The position numbers and the translations under genes are program-made. This document shows, piece after piece, positions 1-12,902 of a stretch of 64,000 nt of DNA. The notes beneath the pieces are model-generated. The model saw only the letters and a program-made list of their open reading frames with translations, did not search any database and was not told the DNA's origin. How positions within the stretch are numbered: the stretch's first letter is position 1; the number at the start of each line of letters is the position of its first letter. The DNA is from Antedon mediterranea (lineage: Eukaryota > Animalia > Echinodermata): contig NC_092673.1 in assembly GCF_964355755.1 (NCBI RefSeq), positions 14,356,948-14,420,947 of the forward strand, given 5' to 3'.

Positions 1-284
1 GAAGTAGGCCTAGCCTAAGCCTAGGCTAGTTTCCTTTTGCATCTGCCTTGTATTTTAACCAACTTTATCCTGAATACCACAGCTTAGAATTAGTAGGCCT
101 ACTTTAATGAAGAAAAATCACATAAAAGTAACAATAAATCCATTAAATTGGTGATTTTACAGACGTTGTTTTTCTCACATTTCGCACACTCAATGTTCAA
201 TATTTTGGTTTCTATGGAACGCCAAAAAAGCAAAATTAATTAGAGGGCTAAAAACTCTGTGGAATCAATTTATATTTTTATTTT

Positions 285-800
285 TTCAGTACACGCGCGC
301 CTACTACTGATACTGTAGATTCATCGCGTACTGTCGGTAAACACAAAGGACGTCGCATAGTACTACTACTACTACACTGACGATGATGCCTTCCCTGGGC
401 ATCATGGGAATTAGGTCAAACTTGTAACCAGGAAAAAGTTTCAGTACACGTGCGCCTACTCTACTGATAAAGCGATACTGTAGCTTCATCGCTAAAGGTA
501 AGAATCGCGTACTGTCGGTAAACACAAAGGACGTCCCCTTACAGTACACTGTACTATGCCATACAATCTTTACATACATTACATGTTCGTTGTATCATAC
601 GGGGTGGTACGTACGACGTGTGAGATTAAATTAATTTTTAATATTAACTTTCGTGGGAAGATAGATTTTAATTTAATGCAATAATACTGAATTTTATAGA
701 AATTTGTGAAATCGGGAGATATATTTAAAATTCGGGAGACCGGGAGGTGATGTTAAAATTCGGGAGACTCCCGGATAAATCGGGAGGGTTGGAACGTCTG
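285..800. mobile_element. Probable end of a non-autonomous DNA transposon (hAT-like)
   Basis: Imperfect duplication 285-355/440-536. Clustered CGGGAG subterminal repeats at 709-787 end in 'gggttggaacgtctg'. The other terminus is not visible. Confidence 0.35.
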
Positions 801-1721
801 GTTATCAAATTTGGAGTAAAAATACAAGCGAAGGAAACTAGCGCCAGGTTTATTAGTACGTACATGGACAACAATAAATAAAAATCGTTCGTAATATACC
901 TAGCTTACTAAAACAGGAATAGTGTATCATTATTAAATATTACACCAATTATTATTTTATCAAAATTGATTAAATTATTTTCTACATAGGCCTCTTATCT
1001 AGGTTAGGGCTAAGCATATTAGCTAAAGTTTAATTTTAGGCCTAGTATTACAAGTCTTTTTTCACACGCGCTCCAGAATTCTGTCGCAATTTTTTTCTTT
1101 GCGGCATGTTATTGGATCGGCACCTTTTATTCACCGCCAGTTATTGAACTTGTCCTGGCAATCGCTGTTCACCGTATTTGCGAGAGAGGTACACGTGTTG
1201 TTCCTAGAGAATGGAATGTCAAAAATGTCTTTGGCACGCCGCTCAGAGAGAAGTCTGTGCGTTGCTGCTGAAACCACGTGCTATAGGAGGGGAATGCACC
1301 ACAATCCTCTGAGCTGAGGGCTGAATCATTCCGCTACCTGCTAAATAGTAAAGAGGGATTTTCCATCTCTCGGGTCTACCGGATCTAGGCGCAGGGGTGT
1401 GATAAAATATTATTTTCACTCTGCTATGTTCGAGAGACATGTGAGTGAACACGCTCGAAATGCCAACAAACATTGCAGTCATTTGATGAGTGTGTCGCTA
1501 TAACAATTATTGTTTATCGAAAGTTGAAGACTGTCGTTCAGATTTTTGAACCGTAGTTTGGGCACTTTTGTAAAAGTAAAATTTGATACGATATGACTTA
1601 AATGAAAAAACAATCGTTACATAAAAATAAACAACATGATGAGTGTATACACGAATCTATTTAGATACGCTTGTATCGATTGATTATTAGACCTATAATA
1701 TAGCATAATAGCACGTTAAGA

Positions 1722-1861
1722 TATGCCTCGCACCTTTTTGAAATTGTAAACTATATGCCTCGCATGCCTCGCACTTTTGGAAATGATAAAATGATGCCTC
1801 GCACAAATATTTGGCATGCCTCGCTTGCCTCGCACTTTGTCAACACTCCAGGTTGACACCC
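1722..1861. repeat. TGCCTCGC(A) short repeat cluster, probable DNA-transposon subterminal array
   Basis: Six copies of tgcctcgc within about 115 bp, followed by 'ggttgacaccc'. Confidence 0.45.
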
Positions 1862-2121
1862 AAATAAGATCTTCAAGAAATGAGCCCTATTATACTCTTA
1901 TTTTACCAATTTTAAAATGGCCACTAAAATCCCCCAGGGGAAGGGGATTCCTGTAAATTTTGTCGTCCTCATTCCCGAACATCAGTTGGACAACATATTA
2001 AAATTTCATTGCAATAGTCCCATGGGAAGTGGTCGTTGCTAAGGTGTGAATGTAGTCAACTGGTTACATTTTATATGTAATTGTATGGTGTAACTTTAAA
2101 GCTGTTTTACTCAAAGGTTTA

Positions 2122-4585
2122 AGGCCGGTGCACACAGAACGCAAAGCCGCGAATTTTGCTTTAAAAAGTGACGCACGCGGCAGGCAACGGACGCTTCCAG
2201 TGTGAACATACAAGCAAACAGTGTACGATAGTTGAATTTCAACTTCAACGCGTTGAAAACGACAGCAGCGAAGGCTTCGCACGCGAATTTTCAAAAGTTG
2301 AACTTTTTGAGGCGTCGCGAGCGCGGTTCGCGTTCGTCAACCAATCAGAAGTCAGGAATATCTCTCATCGACGACGACACCGACGGCAAAAAAAATGGTG
2401 GCTGACGTGACGAGCGAGGTCTTATGGAAATACTTTGTCATTACTCTTCTTGTCTTTACGATAAGGGAAGTAAGTCATACACAGACAGAAACATAAGGAT
2501 TAATGCATGAAGACAATAATTTCAGACAATTAACATCTGTGTACAGTAGAAGAATGCCAGAAGAACTAGGCCTAAAACGCGTCAGAGATCAATTTGTAAA
2601 GTGAGTTGGCAAGCCTTCTATTTCTAGCCTACCTAGGCCTAGGTTTAGGCCATACTAGGGCCTAGCTAGGCCTACCTAGCCTAGGCTACATATACACTAG
2701 TAGGCTAGGCCATGCCAAGTAGTACTTAGGCCTACATAATACTTACTAATCCTACTAGTCTACTATGTGCTAGGCCTAGCCTAGTAGGTTAAGCCTACTA
2801 CTAAATATGAGTACAGTACTAGGCTAGGCTAGCTAGGTCTAGGCCTATCCTAAATAATAATTGTTAATTAATATTTAGTTGATTTAGTGTTGTAAGGCTA
2901 GGATAGGCCTAGTAGTAATATTAATACATAAATACTGTTGTTTTTGTTTCTTTTAGGTCAATTTTAGATGAACATTGATAAATGGGATCTTCAGGCTATT
3001 ACCAGCGTTACAAACTCCACCAATGACCAAGCTAGTAGTTTAAGCGGCCAGTATATTATTGCCATGGAATTAAAAGCAATTGCTCCTCAAAAATGTGGAC
3101 AGGCAATTATGATGCTGATACAGGTTTGTATAGACTTTTTTCAAATGGGCATGTCAGTTGGTGACATACATTGGCCAGAAAAAATGATTTGAGCAATATG
3201 CCTTACTATAGCAATTTTGTAATACTTGTTTCATTTTTTTTTAATAGAAAATGGAAGAGATTAAGGAGGAGTTGAACTGTAACTAGTATTTATTAAGTGG
3301 TTATAGAAGGAAAGCTGAACTGAATGTCTTTTTTTAGCAATAGAGAACACATGGAAATGTGTATATGTTTTGTTATACTCCAATACTGAAAAAATAGTCA
3401 AATTGGCTGCCAGCTAATGGAATTTTTTTCATTTTATAAGTGAAAACATAAGTTTTTTGGGTTTTTTTTCTATGTAAGTGATTAACTTTGTTAAAAATAC
3501 AAAATGTCCTATTCAAATTTGATTTTAATCATCTTCATTTTTCATGATTCTATGGGACAATACATCTTTAAGTTTAGTGACATTTTTTGGACAAGATATA
3601 TTGTCTTCCTGAAAATATAATTTAAAACATTTTCGTTGTGTGTAATACAGTATAACACTTTAGGGTTAGTTATTCACTTTTAAAAATAATAATATTTCTT
3701 CAATTTTCATTTTTTTTGGGATGATACATTTTAAATTTATTATTTTGATATTATTTTGCGAAAGTATTCAGGAGTAGTAAAAAAGAAAATCTGGTTGATA
3801 TTTAATGATATCTTTAAAAACAATGATTCACTATTTCAATAAGTGTATTTATGTGAAAAAGTCATAAGATAATATACAGTGTAAATATGAGTTTGGGATA
3901 TTTATTACATTTAATTAAATGAGAAAAAAACTGTATGTTTTGTCATGAATAATATAATATTTAATAATAATTAGAAAATGAGTGTGAAAACTTTACATTA
4001 ATATAATTATAGGCCTATAGTTTATATTTGAAAGTGACAAACCCAGGAAGATTCCCAGTTCGTGTTTATATGAAATGTTTTATATGGTTATAATAACCTC
4101 TGTTGAAAGATATTTGTAACACCACTAATAAATACAGTCAGCAGATCACATGTACGTGTAATCAACATGCAATAAATGCTTTAATTCTTGTAACTGTATT
4201 GATATTGGATACATCTTCTTCTGTCCTTGTGATATATACATACAATCATGCACATTTCAGGCATTGGAAAAGGATAACATTTTCCCACCTAAATCAAACA
4301 CTGTGATTGGTGTAACCAGGGAAGAGTTAAATTACATTTTAATTTAACTCTTCTCTGGTTAAACTTACATAGGAAATACTTCAGTCATCTTCTCTGATTA
4401 TTTTAAATGTAGCATTGTATTGGCCAACCCACTATCTCCTAGGCCTAGCAATCGCGACGAATCAGCACATCGTGACGCGTTTAGTGGGAACCAACAAGAA
4501 AAACTAATAGACGCATGACAATTCAACTTTCAAAGCGATCTGTCGAATGACGCTTCGCGGCTTAGCGTTCGGTGTGCACCGGCCT
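2122..4585 (+). mobile_element. PIF/Harbinger-like non-autonomous transposon with decayed MADF ORF
   Basis: About 32-bp TIRs (aggccggtgcacacagaacgcaaagccgcgaa / ttcgcggcttagcgttcggtgtgcaccggcct) with TTA target duplication (2119-2121, 4586-4588). 2395-2600 encodes a broken MADF-like peptide (LYDKGSKSYTDRNIRINA*...VEECQK...RVRDQF). Confidence 0.8.
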
Positions 4586-5102
4586 TTATGAACAGATTTT
4601 GATAGTATGATTATTTTTCAAATGAGTATAACTTGGCTTTCAGACATCCGATTAAAATTATTTAAACACCATTATAAAGCTCATAATGTCATCAAATAAT
4701 ATAATGTGGATTTAATTATTTATTGTACATTTGAATAAAATATGTGTAGAAAGTGAGCTATTTATACATGCTTAAATGTCCTAAATTGACCCCTAAACAA
4801 GTCAACCGAATCCATTTCCAGGTATCTGGATTGTTGACGCTAATTGGGTGACGCAAATTGGAGCTCGCCTGATTTGTTACGTAGGTTGACAGACTACCTA
4901 GGCCTATTTAATTTTAATTAAAAACAATTAATTAATAATCGATTGTTTATTTTCATGTGAATGTAAATAATATAAAAAAAATGCTTAATAGATACATAAT
5001 TTCACAGTTTTTTAACGAACATCTACTTGACCTGACACAAATTGGGTCACCTACCCTAGGCTAGTAATAGTATAATATGAGTCATGACACATCACAGGTA
5101 GA

Positions 5103-5916
5103 AGCTAACACTCACAGAGTTGTGTGCCAGGAATATTGCGGGAATATACCATTACCATGCCGGTATGGTTTTCTGTGAGAACGGGTCGTCTTGGCATCAT
5201 GCCGGCACCGACATGACCTGCTTTAGACCTAGTAATATTCTAGGGATATTCCCCGCAATGCCAGACGGGCATTCTGTGAGAACGTATTGCCGTTATATTC
5301 CGGGGTTCCCCGTCGAGGCTTTGACACCTTGCGCAGTCAAGTGTATCACTTTGGCGCCTATTCAATTCAATTAACAATAATAATGTCGAACTGGAGGGAT
5401 AATGAGATAAGAGAGCTGCTTAAAATAAGGGGACAAGAAGAAATTTGTAGCATAATCTATATAGGCCGCTAGGCTAGGCCATTAGCTCTTTGTTTGTTGG
5501 TGCCTGACCTTTCGTCGCCTTGTAAATTGTAGGCCTACAGCCTTCTAAGGTGTTTTACAGATTGCCGATGACGGCAAATTAATTGCTATACCTGTATAAT
5601 ATATGCACAATATACTGTACATAGCATGTATTGCATAAATATGCTATAAAGGAAGATAATAATCTGTAACTTAACATTCGCCGCCATATCATCGCTAGAC
5701 AAAAATAATAACAATAAAGGACGCCCTCAATAATTATTTTGTCAGAGACTTTTTATTGGCCGAATATGCCCGACTCCTTTCTCACAGAAAGCCGGTATAT
5801 ACCGGTTATATTTCCGGGACGATAGTCCGATGAGAATGGGTATATGCCGGTAACGATACCGGCACGACGCCAGCACTGTACCGGTATATTGCAGGCACAT
5901 CTGTGAGAAAGGGGCT
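5103..5916 (+). mobile_element. Harbinger-like non-autonomous element with Myb/SANT (trihelix-like) remnant
   Basis: Imperfect TIRs (ctcacaga / tctgtgagaaaggggct) and GC-rich subterminal ccgg/tgtgagaa repeats. Peptide MSNWRDNEIRELLKIRGQEEI from 5383. Confidence 0.6.
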
Positions 5917-6039
5917 CTAGAGTAGGGTGATTTGTAGATAGCTCTAGGCCTAGCCTAGACCTAGGCTAGCCCAAACCTAGGTAGGCTAAACCAAACTAGC
6001 CTAGCCTAGGATTTAGAGTCCTACCTAGAAATCTAGCTA

Positions 6040-6365
6040 ACTCACTTTTATCTCTGATGCGTTGAGGCCTAGCCTACCAGGTAGTTTTTCTATTAACATT
6101 CCTCTCACAAATATTTGTCTGTTAACTTATTGTCTTCCATGCCTGCATTATTAATCCTTCTGTTTCTGTGTAACTTAATCAGTGATATGTAATAGCCGTT
6201 TTATTACATCTCTCTGCGACTTAATAAAGACCTCCAGCCACCATTTTTGCCGTTGGTGTGTGTCGATGATGGAGAGGAGCGAGCGCGAGGGCGGGAGAGA
6301 GAGAGAGATATTCCAGAGTTCTGATTGGTTGACGAACGCGAACTGCGCTTGTGCAACGCCTCAAA
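6040..6365 (-). mobile_element. Inverted fragment related to the 2122-4585 Harbinger-like element
   Basis: Reverse complement matches 2322-2605 (gttcgcgttcgtcaaccaatcagaa...ggaatatctctc...ggcaaaaatggtggctg...gaagacaataa). Confidence 0.7.
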
Positions 6366-6439
6366 ACTTATAGACAAGTCCAGATTTGAGAAAAATGAAA
6401 TGATGTAGGCATTTCGTGTTAAAAAGCGAATAAACATGT

Positions 6440-8853
6440 GTTTTAGGGTAATTTCGGGGTGCTGAATTCAAATCTGCTTTTTACCCGGCTCAATTTTTAG
6501 ATCTTCACCCTTAAAATGTGAAAAACAAAATGGCCGCCATTTCAGACTTATTTTGGCTTATAACTTGACTTTTAAGTGACGTAGCAAGTTAAGAATGGTG
6601 TCTATACCTATGTTTGTGATAGTGAAGATTCCAACTATATTGTTATTAAAGTTGCAAATATTCTATTTCAGCCGCCATGTTGAAATCCAAGATGGCCGCC
6701 ATTTTAAACGTATTTTGGCTTATAACTTGACTTTTAATTAACATAGCAAGTTAAAAATAGTTTCTATACCTATGTTTGTGATACTGAGGATTCCAAATAT
6801 ATTGCTATTAAAGTTGTAAATATTCTATTTCAGCCTCCATGTTGGAATTCAAGATGGTCGCCATTTAAAACGTATTTTGGCTTATAACTTAACATATAAG
6901 TAACATAGTAGGTTAGAAATGATGTCTATACAGTACCTATGTTTGTGATACTGAGGATTCCAAATATATTGTTATTAAAGTGGAATACCCCAAGGAAGTA
7001 TTCTTGGGCGGCCATTATTATTTATCATATATATAAATGATATTTTTATTTCTTCAAATATTTTAAACATGACTTTATTCGCTGACGATACAAATCTGTT
7101 CTTATCAAACCCCAATTTGAATACACTTATTGATATTGTTAATTCTGAACTTATTAAAATTGATAAATGGCTTAGGTGTGATAAGACTAGATATATAATT
7201 TTTAGAACTAAAAGAAGTAAAATTAATGTTAATAATATATCCATTAAAATTGCTGATAAATCTATATCCCAAACAAATTACTATAAGTTTTTAGGAGTCT
7301 TTGTTGACGAATTTGTTAATTTTAAAACTCATATTGATCTCACTACTTCAAAAATATCTAAATATGTTAGTTTACTTTTCAAAATTCGTCACTACCTTCC
7401 TTTAAGTGCACTCCTTTCAATCTATAAGTCACTTATGCAACCTCTTGTCAGCTATTGTAACATTATTTGGTTTAATTAATATGCTTCTTATACTGATAAA
7501 CTCCAGAAAAAAGCGATACGAGCTATAACTTGGTCTGATTATCGTGCACCAACAAGTCCTCTCTTCCACATACATAATGTATTAAAAATTGACGATATTC
7601 ATAATTACCAAATTGGCATTTTTATGTTCCGAATATTGAATAATCCTGATTTACGATTTTTAAACCTTAAAAATGTTAATAATGGTAATGGTCATAAGTA
7701 CAATACTAGAGGAAAATGTAAACTTCGACCTCCTCTTCAAAGACTAGTTTCTACAAGTCATAGTATTGCTGTTTTGGGTCCTCATGTCTGGAACAACTTA
7801 GATATGACTTTTAAAAATGCAAAATCCATCAATGTTTTTGAAAAATTGTATAAGTTGAATCTAATTAATAAGTACAAATCTTAATTTCTGCCGATGTCAT
7901 TGTTATTTTATTTTTATATGTTAATATATTGTATATATCCTTTTATAGTTTTAGCTGTTAGTTTTTTTAGGTCTTCAACGTTGTACAAGCTTTTAGCTTT
8001 TGTTGTTGATCCTTTTCATCTTTTATGCATTTTATCTTTGACATGTTTTATGATTTTTATGTTTTTTTGATGAATAAAATGAATGAAATGAAAATGAAAG
8101 TTGTAAATATTCTATTTCAGTCGCCATGTTGGAATTCAAGATGGTCGCCATTTAAAACGTATTTTGGCTTATAACTTGACATATAAGTAACATAGTAGGT
8201 TAGAAATTATGTCTATACAGTACCTATGTTTGTGATAATAAGGATTCCAAATATATTGTTATTAAAGTTAAAATTATAACTGTAGGTACCGTACTGAAAC
8301 ATTTTGAGCTTGCAATTTTGAAATTCAAAATGGCCACCATGCAATCAAAATGTTAGTTAAATACCAATATATTTGGTGACCCATTACCATATAATTTGTA
8401 CCTAAAATCAGAGCACTGTGTACCTTTTTAGCAGAGATAGTTTGGTGACCCCATTACCATAATTATAATTTGCACCTAAAATCAGAACTCTAGGTGCCTC
8501 TTTAGCAGAGATATACCTAAAAAGTGAAAATTTAAAGTCCGCCATTTTGAAATCCAAAATGGCCACCATGAAATTAAAATGTTAGTTATACCAATATGTT
8601 TGGTGACCCCATTACCATATAATTTGCACCTAAAATCAGAACTCTAGGTGCCTCTTTAGCAGAGATATACCTGAAAAGTGAACAATTTGGTCAGGGGAAA
8701 GCCGCCATTTTGGATTTCAAAATGGCGGCTTTCCCCTGACCAAATTTTGTGCAACCCTTCCATTTCATATTTTTGACACCCTAATGAATAACTGTGCAAA
8801 GATTCAGAATGTTATCACAATTTGAAGGATCTGGTCACTTAACAGGCCTACTA
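6440..8853. mobile_element. Non-autonomous DNA transposon (Academ-like) with tandem subterminal repeats
   Basis: About 162-bp tandem units with (A)ATGGCCGCCATTTT motifs, a second repeat type at 8330-8690, a perfect 29-bp-stem hairpin at 8684-8746, and a CTACTA right end. Similar motif arrays occur in the Academ remnant at 33 kb. Confidence 0.55.
6981..8096 (+). mobile_element. 5'-truncated L2/Crack-type LINE nested in the repeat array
   Basis: GIPQGSILG and LFADDT RT motifs, KFLGV, 3' domain GPHVWNNL. It has an in-frame stop and an aataaa plus (tgaa/tgaaa)n tail, and is flanked by AAAG, splitting one repeat unit. Confidence 0.85.
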
Positions 8854-8856
8854 TAA

Positions 8857-11800
8857 GGAATTCCGGATCACGCCGTGATTTGCATTTCGCGCCAAACCAG
8901 CTGCTGTAGTACAGTGTAGTTACTGTAGTACACTGGCTCGCGCGTTGATTAGCTGTACCGGTACAACAAACATATATCTGGACCTATTTGAGTTGCCTTA
9001 TTTAACAACATAATGGCTCTATTTAGTTGTTTGATGACATTACTCTGCACATTATTTCTGAGATCAATCATATTTCAACCAGGTTCATTTGATTGTCTGA
9101 TTCGTCAACTCAGCTATCATAACGAAAATGTTCACTATAACATTCGTGTCGGTGAGTCGTGTTCTCTTTTTTTGCATACATGTGCTAGCATTAATAACAC
9201 CACAAGAAAACGATATATAAGTAGGCCTGTGAGATATTACGCCAATCATTATTCGACTTTTAGCCTATGTTTGTTGGTTAGTGGCGACATTCATCCTCAC
9301 CCAGGCCCAGAGCGGATGCATAGGAACAAGAGCCAGCATATTGGAAACGGTAATAGTACGAAGAATACATGCGAGACGCAATAAAAAATGTCTGATTTGC
9401 TGTGAACGTCATCACATATTTCATATCAAGTGCATACCTATGAGCAGCGATAGTTATGTGTTTTATCAAGATAATCCATGGGCGTGTAACATCTGCTCCC
9501 TACCACAACTATCGGACTCATTTTTTGACAAATCATTGAACAACAACAGTATATTGTCACTTGCATTCAGCAATACATCAACTGATTCTTCCATCATTGA
9601 AACAAACCTTATTCAAGTTGCTTTATTTAACGCCAGAAGTGTGGTGAATAAGATCGAAGAATTCCATGCGCGTATCGCAATTGATGAATTGGACATCTTG
9701 ATTGTCACAGAAACGTGGCTGGACTCCTATTGATAGTACGGAACTGTTTCCAGACTCATTCGTAGTGTACAGAAAAGACCGATCAAAACACGGTGGTGGT
9801 GTTCTGTTAGCTTTGAAGAACTCATTTAAATCCTCTATTGTTGACTTTCCTACTAACATTGAGGTCAAAATTATTGAAATAACTGTAAATAACAATTTTA
9901 ACGTGTTTTTTTTTAACGTTAATGTGTTGTTTATAGGCCACCGCGTTCAAATGACGATTGGCTCAATCAATTCCACGATGTCGTTGATTCTATCCTATCT
10001 ATTTTACATAAGTACTGTGGTAATTTTAACTGGTGATTTTAATTATGATTACGGTGTCGATAGTCCCTTAGTTTATAAGAAATTTAAAGAAATTATTGCT
10101 CCACTTGATACTATACAATTTGTTGATTTTTATACTCGTGTTTCTAACACCAAAAGTAGCAATATTGATCTGGTCTTGTGCAATAACCCTGACATTGTAT
10201 GAAATTTCAGAAGTCATCCCGGTCTCAGTACAAGTGACCACCTTGGGGTTTATTTTAATATTAACGCTAGACGCAGTAAAGTTAAACCTGTAGATAGATA
10301 TTATTATCAATATAGTAAATGTGACCATGACGATCTTTTTACAACGTTGGGGGCGGTTCCTTGGGGTCTGTGCCTGGAACAATCAGACTGTGAGGAAATG
10401 TGGGAAAATTTTAAAGACCTCTTTCTCGCCACTATCAATGATTGTATCCCTAAAGTCAAAAGTAAAAAGAGAAACAGGCCAGCTTGGATAACTCAAGAAA
10501 TGGTTACCATGGCTCGTAAAAAGAAACGAATGCTAAAAGTGGCTCATCGTCATCCTCATAACCCAAGTAAGATGGACAATTATAGAAAGTTTAGTAATAA
10601 ATTAAGAAACCTAACAAAAAAAGCTCATCTACAATATATTAGGAAATTAAGTGTCGCCTGTGTAAATGGTGACTCCAAACGTTTTTTTTAGTTATGTGAA
10701 GACAAGGCGTAAGACTGGACAAGTCAAAAACTTTGTTTTTAACGGTATACCCTTGGTTTCCGATATTGATGCGGTAAATGCATTTTCCACATTCTTTGCG
10801 TCAAACTTTAACGAACCTAATCGTAATTTCAATGTTAACCATGAGGTCTGTAATTGTGTTCCCCCAGATATTGTTCCCCTTAATAACATTAATAACATTA
10901 ATAATAGTGAAAAAACTATTTTCGAGGCTCTATTGTCCTTGAAACCCAACAAATCCCCTGGACCTGACGGGATTACACCTAAAATGTTATCCATGTCAGC
11001 TCCAATTATTGCCCCAGTGTTGTGCAAAATTTTTAACAAGTTCTTAACGGATGGCTTTGTACCAAAAGATTGGAAACTCGCGAATGTCACTCCTATTTTT
11101 AAGTCAGGTAATTGTAACGAAGTTAATAATTATCGACCCATATCGCTATGTTCTATTATAGGTAAGGTTTTTGAACGTATTATAGCAGATAACATTCTTT
11201 TTCATCTTCAATTTTTTGGATTTATAAGTCCCACGCAACACGGGTTTTATCCAGGTAGATCGTGTATTACACAGGCCTCAGCGTTATATCATGATTGGTC
11301 ACAAACAATGGAAGTTAGACAACCTCCTGTAATTGATGCAATTATACATGATTTAGTAATCAAGAAACTGCACAACATGGGAGTATGTGGATCTCTCCTA
11401 AATTGTCTTCACTCCTTTCTCAGTGACAGATTCCAACGTGTTGTTCTTAATAAGGAGCATTCTGATTGGGATAGAGTGGGCTCGGGTGTTCCTCAGGGAT
11501 CAGTGTTAGGCCCGCTTCTATTTAATCTCTTTGTTTATGACCTACCTCTAAATACCTCTTCTGTTATGAAGCAGTATGCAGATGATACAGTAATTTATAA
11601 ACCTGTATTCAGTCGTCATGATGCACTTACCTTACAACAGGATCTTTGTAAAATTTCCAAATGGTGTGAGGATAATAAAATGAAATTAAATGCAAAGAAG
11701 TGTAAAGTCATGCACATAACTAGAAAACGTAATTATATCCCTCATTTTATTTATACAATCGAATCCAATCCCCTTGAAGCTGTTAATTCACATAAATATC

Positions 11801-12524
11801 TTGGTATTAACTTCTCACGTGATTTAACATGGTCTGAGAATGCTTGGGTTTATCAAACGGTTTGTAGGTTTCAATGACACCGAAATTTTACTACGACTTT
11901 TTAATGCACTATGTCGACCTGTCATTGAATATGGTGCTCCTGTGTGGGATCCACATCAAAAACAACATAATATAGCTAAAAGTCATTAAGACGGGTTACT
12001 AAATTGTGTGTTGAAGGCGATTTCACTGACAGGCTTAAGATACTAAATTTACCAGATATGGTTCAAAGAATGAAATTTAATAGTATAATTTTTGTAGTTA
12101 AGTGGTTGCATAAGTTAATTGATTTTGATATATTTGAATACCTTACAATTAATTCTCGGTATCCAGAGTCCCTCACCTTTAAACACATGTATGCTAGAAC
12201 TAATGCATTTAAATACTCCCTGTTTGTTAATTTCCTTCGAATATGGGAATGTATCCTGCATGAAGTTCGTAGCAAAGTCCTGTTTAACTTTGAGGGGTTT
12301 AGAAGGGATTTTAAAAAATGTATTACTGATATCGAATTCATCTAGACTTTCTCTGTGTTTTTATGTCTATTGCGTTTTTCGTACTATTAGTTGGGAAAGC
12401 CACTCGACAGTGCAGTTCTTTTGAACTGATCCACTTTTGGTTACCCGCAGGTGCTGATAGTACCTTTGTTCTGTTTTATTGAATGATGCCGTACCCTTGT
12501 TTGAATAAAATAAAAAATAAAAAA
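8857..12524 (+). mobile_element. Near full-length CR1/L2-group LINE (leader, 2A-like, PHD, APE, RT), frameshifted
   Basis: LLVSGDIHPHPGP, Cys/His PHD remnant (CLICC..HIKC..WACNIC), APE motifs (LFNARS, VTETWL, YRKDR..GGGV, GDFN), RT motifs (KSPGPDGI, NYRPISL, GVPQGSVLGP, YADD), and an A-rich tail. Several frameshifts and deletions. Confidence 0.92.
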
Positions 12525-12902
12525 CACAAAAGATAGAAAAAATAATTGAGTTCCATGCCTAAATTACTTGTTGATAAAATAAACAAATTTTCACCTGGTA
12601 CTAAGGAATCGTGTTTTTATGCGAGTTTATGCGATTTATACTAAAAATAAGATTGCTTGGTCCAAAGGCATTCAAATATTAATTTTCAAAACGTGACATG
12701 AAACAGAAACAAACGGCCACTTTAGTAGGCCTGATAATAACATAATTAGTGATTGATTGATAGATATTGAGTATAGTATACAGTACAATATAAACATTAT
12801 GTAAAATATAATATAGTTAAATAATTAATATTTCTGAATATAAGATAGTAATTGTGAAACTTGTCATGAAAATCATTTGGTTCCACAAGGCATATAATAC
12901 AT

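Noticed and set aside
6260-6345. GC box, GAGA and CCAAT cluster resembling a host promoter
   Set aside because: It is homologous to the interior of the Harbinger-like element at 2322-2405, and no host gene follows.
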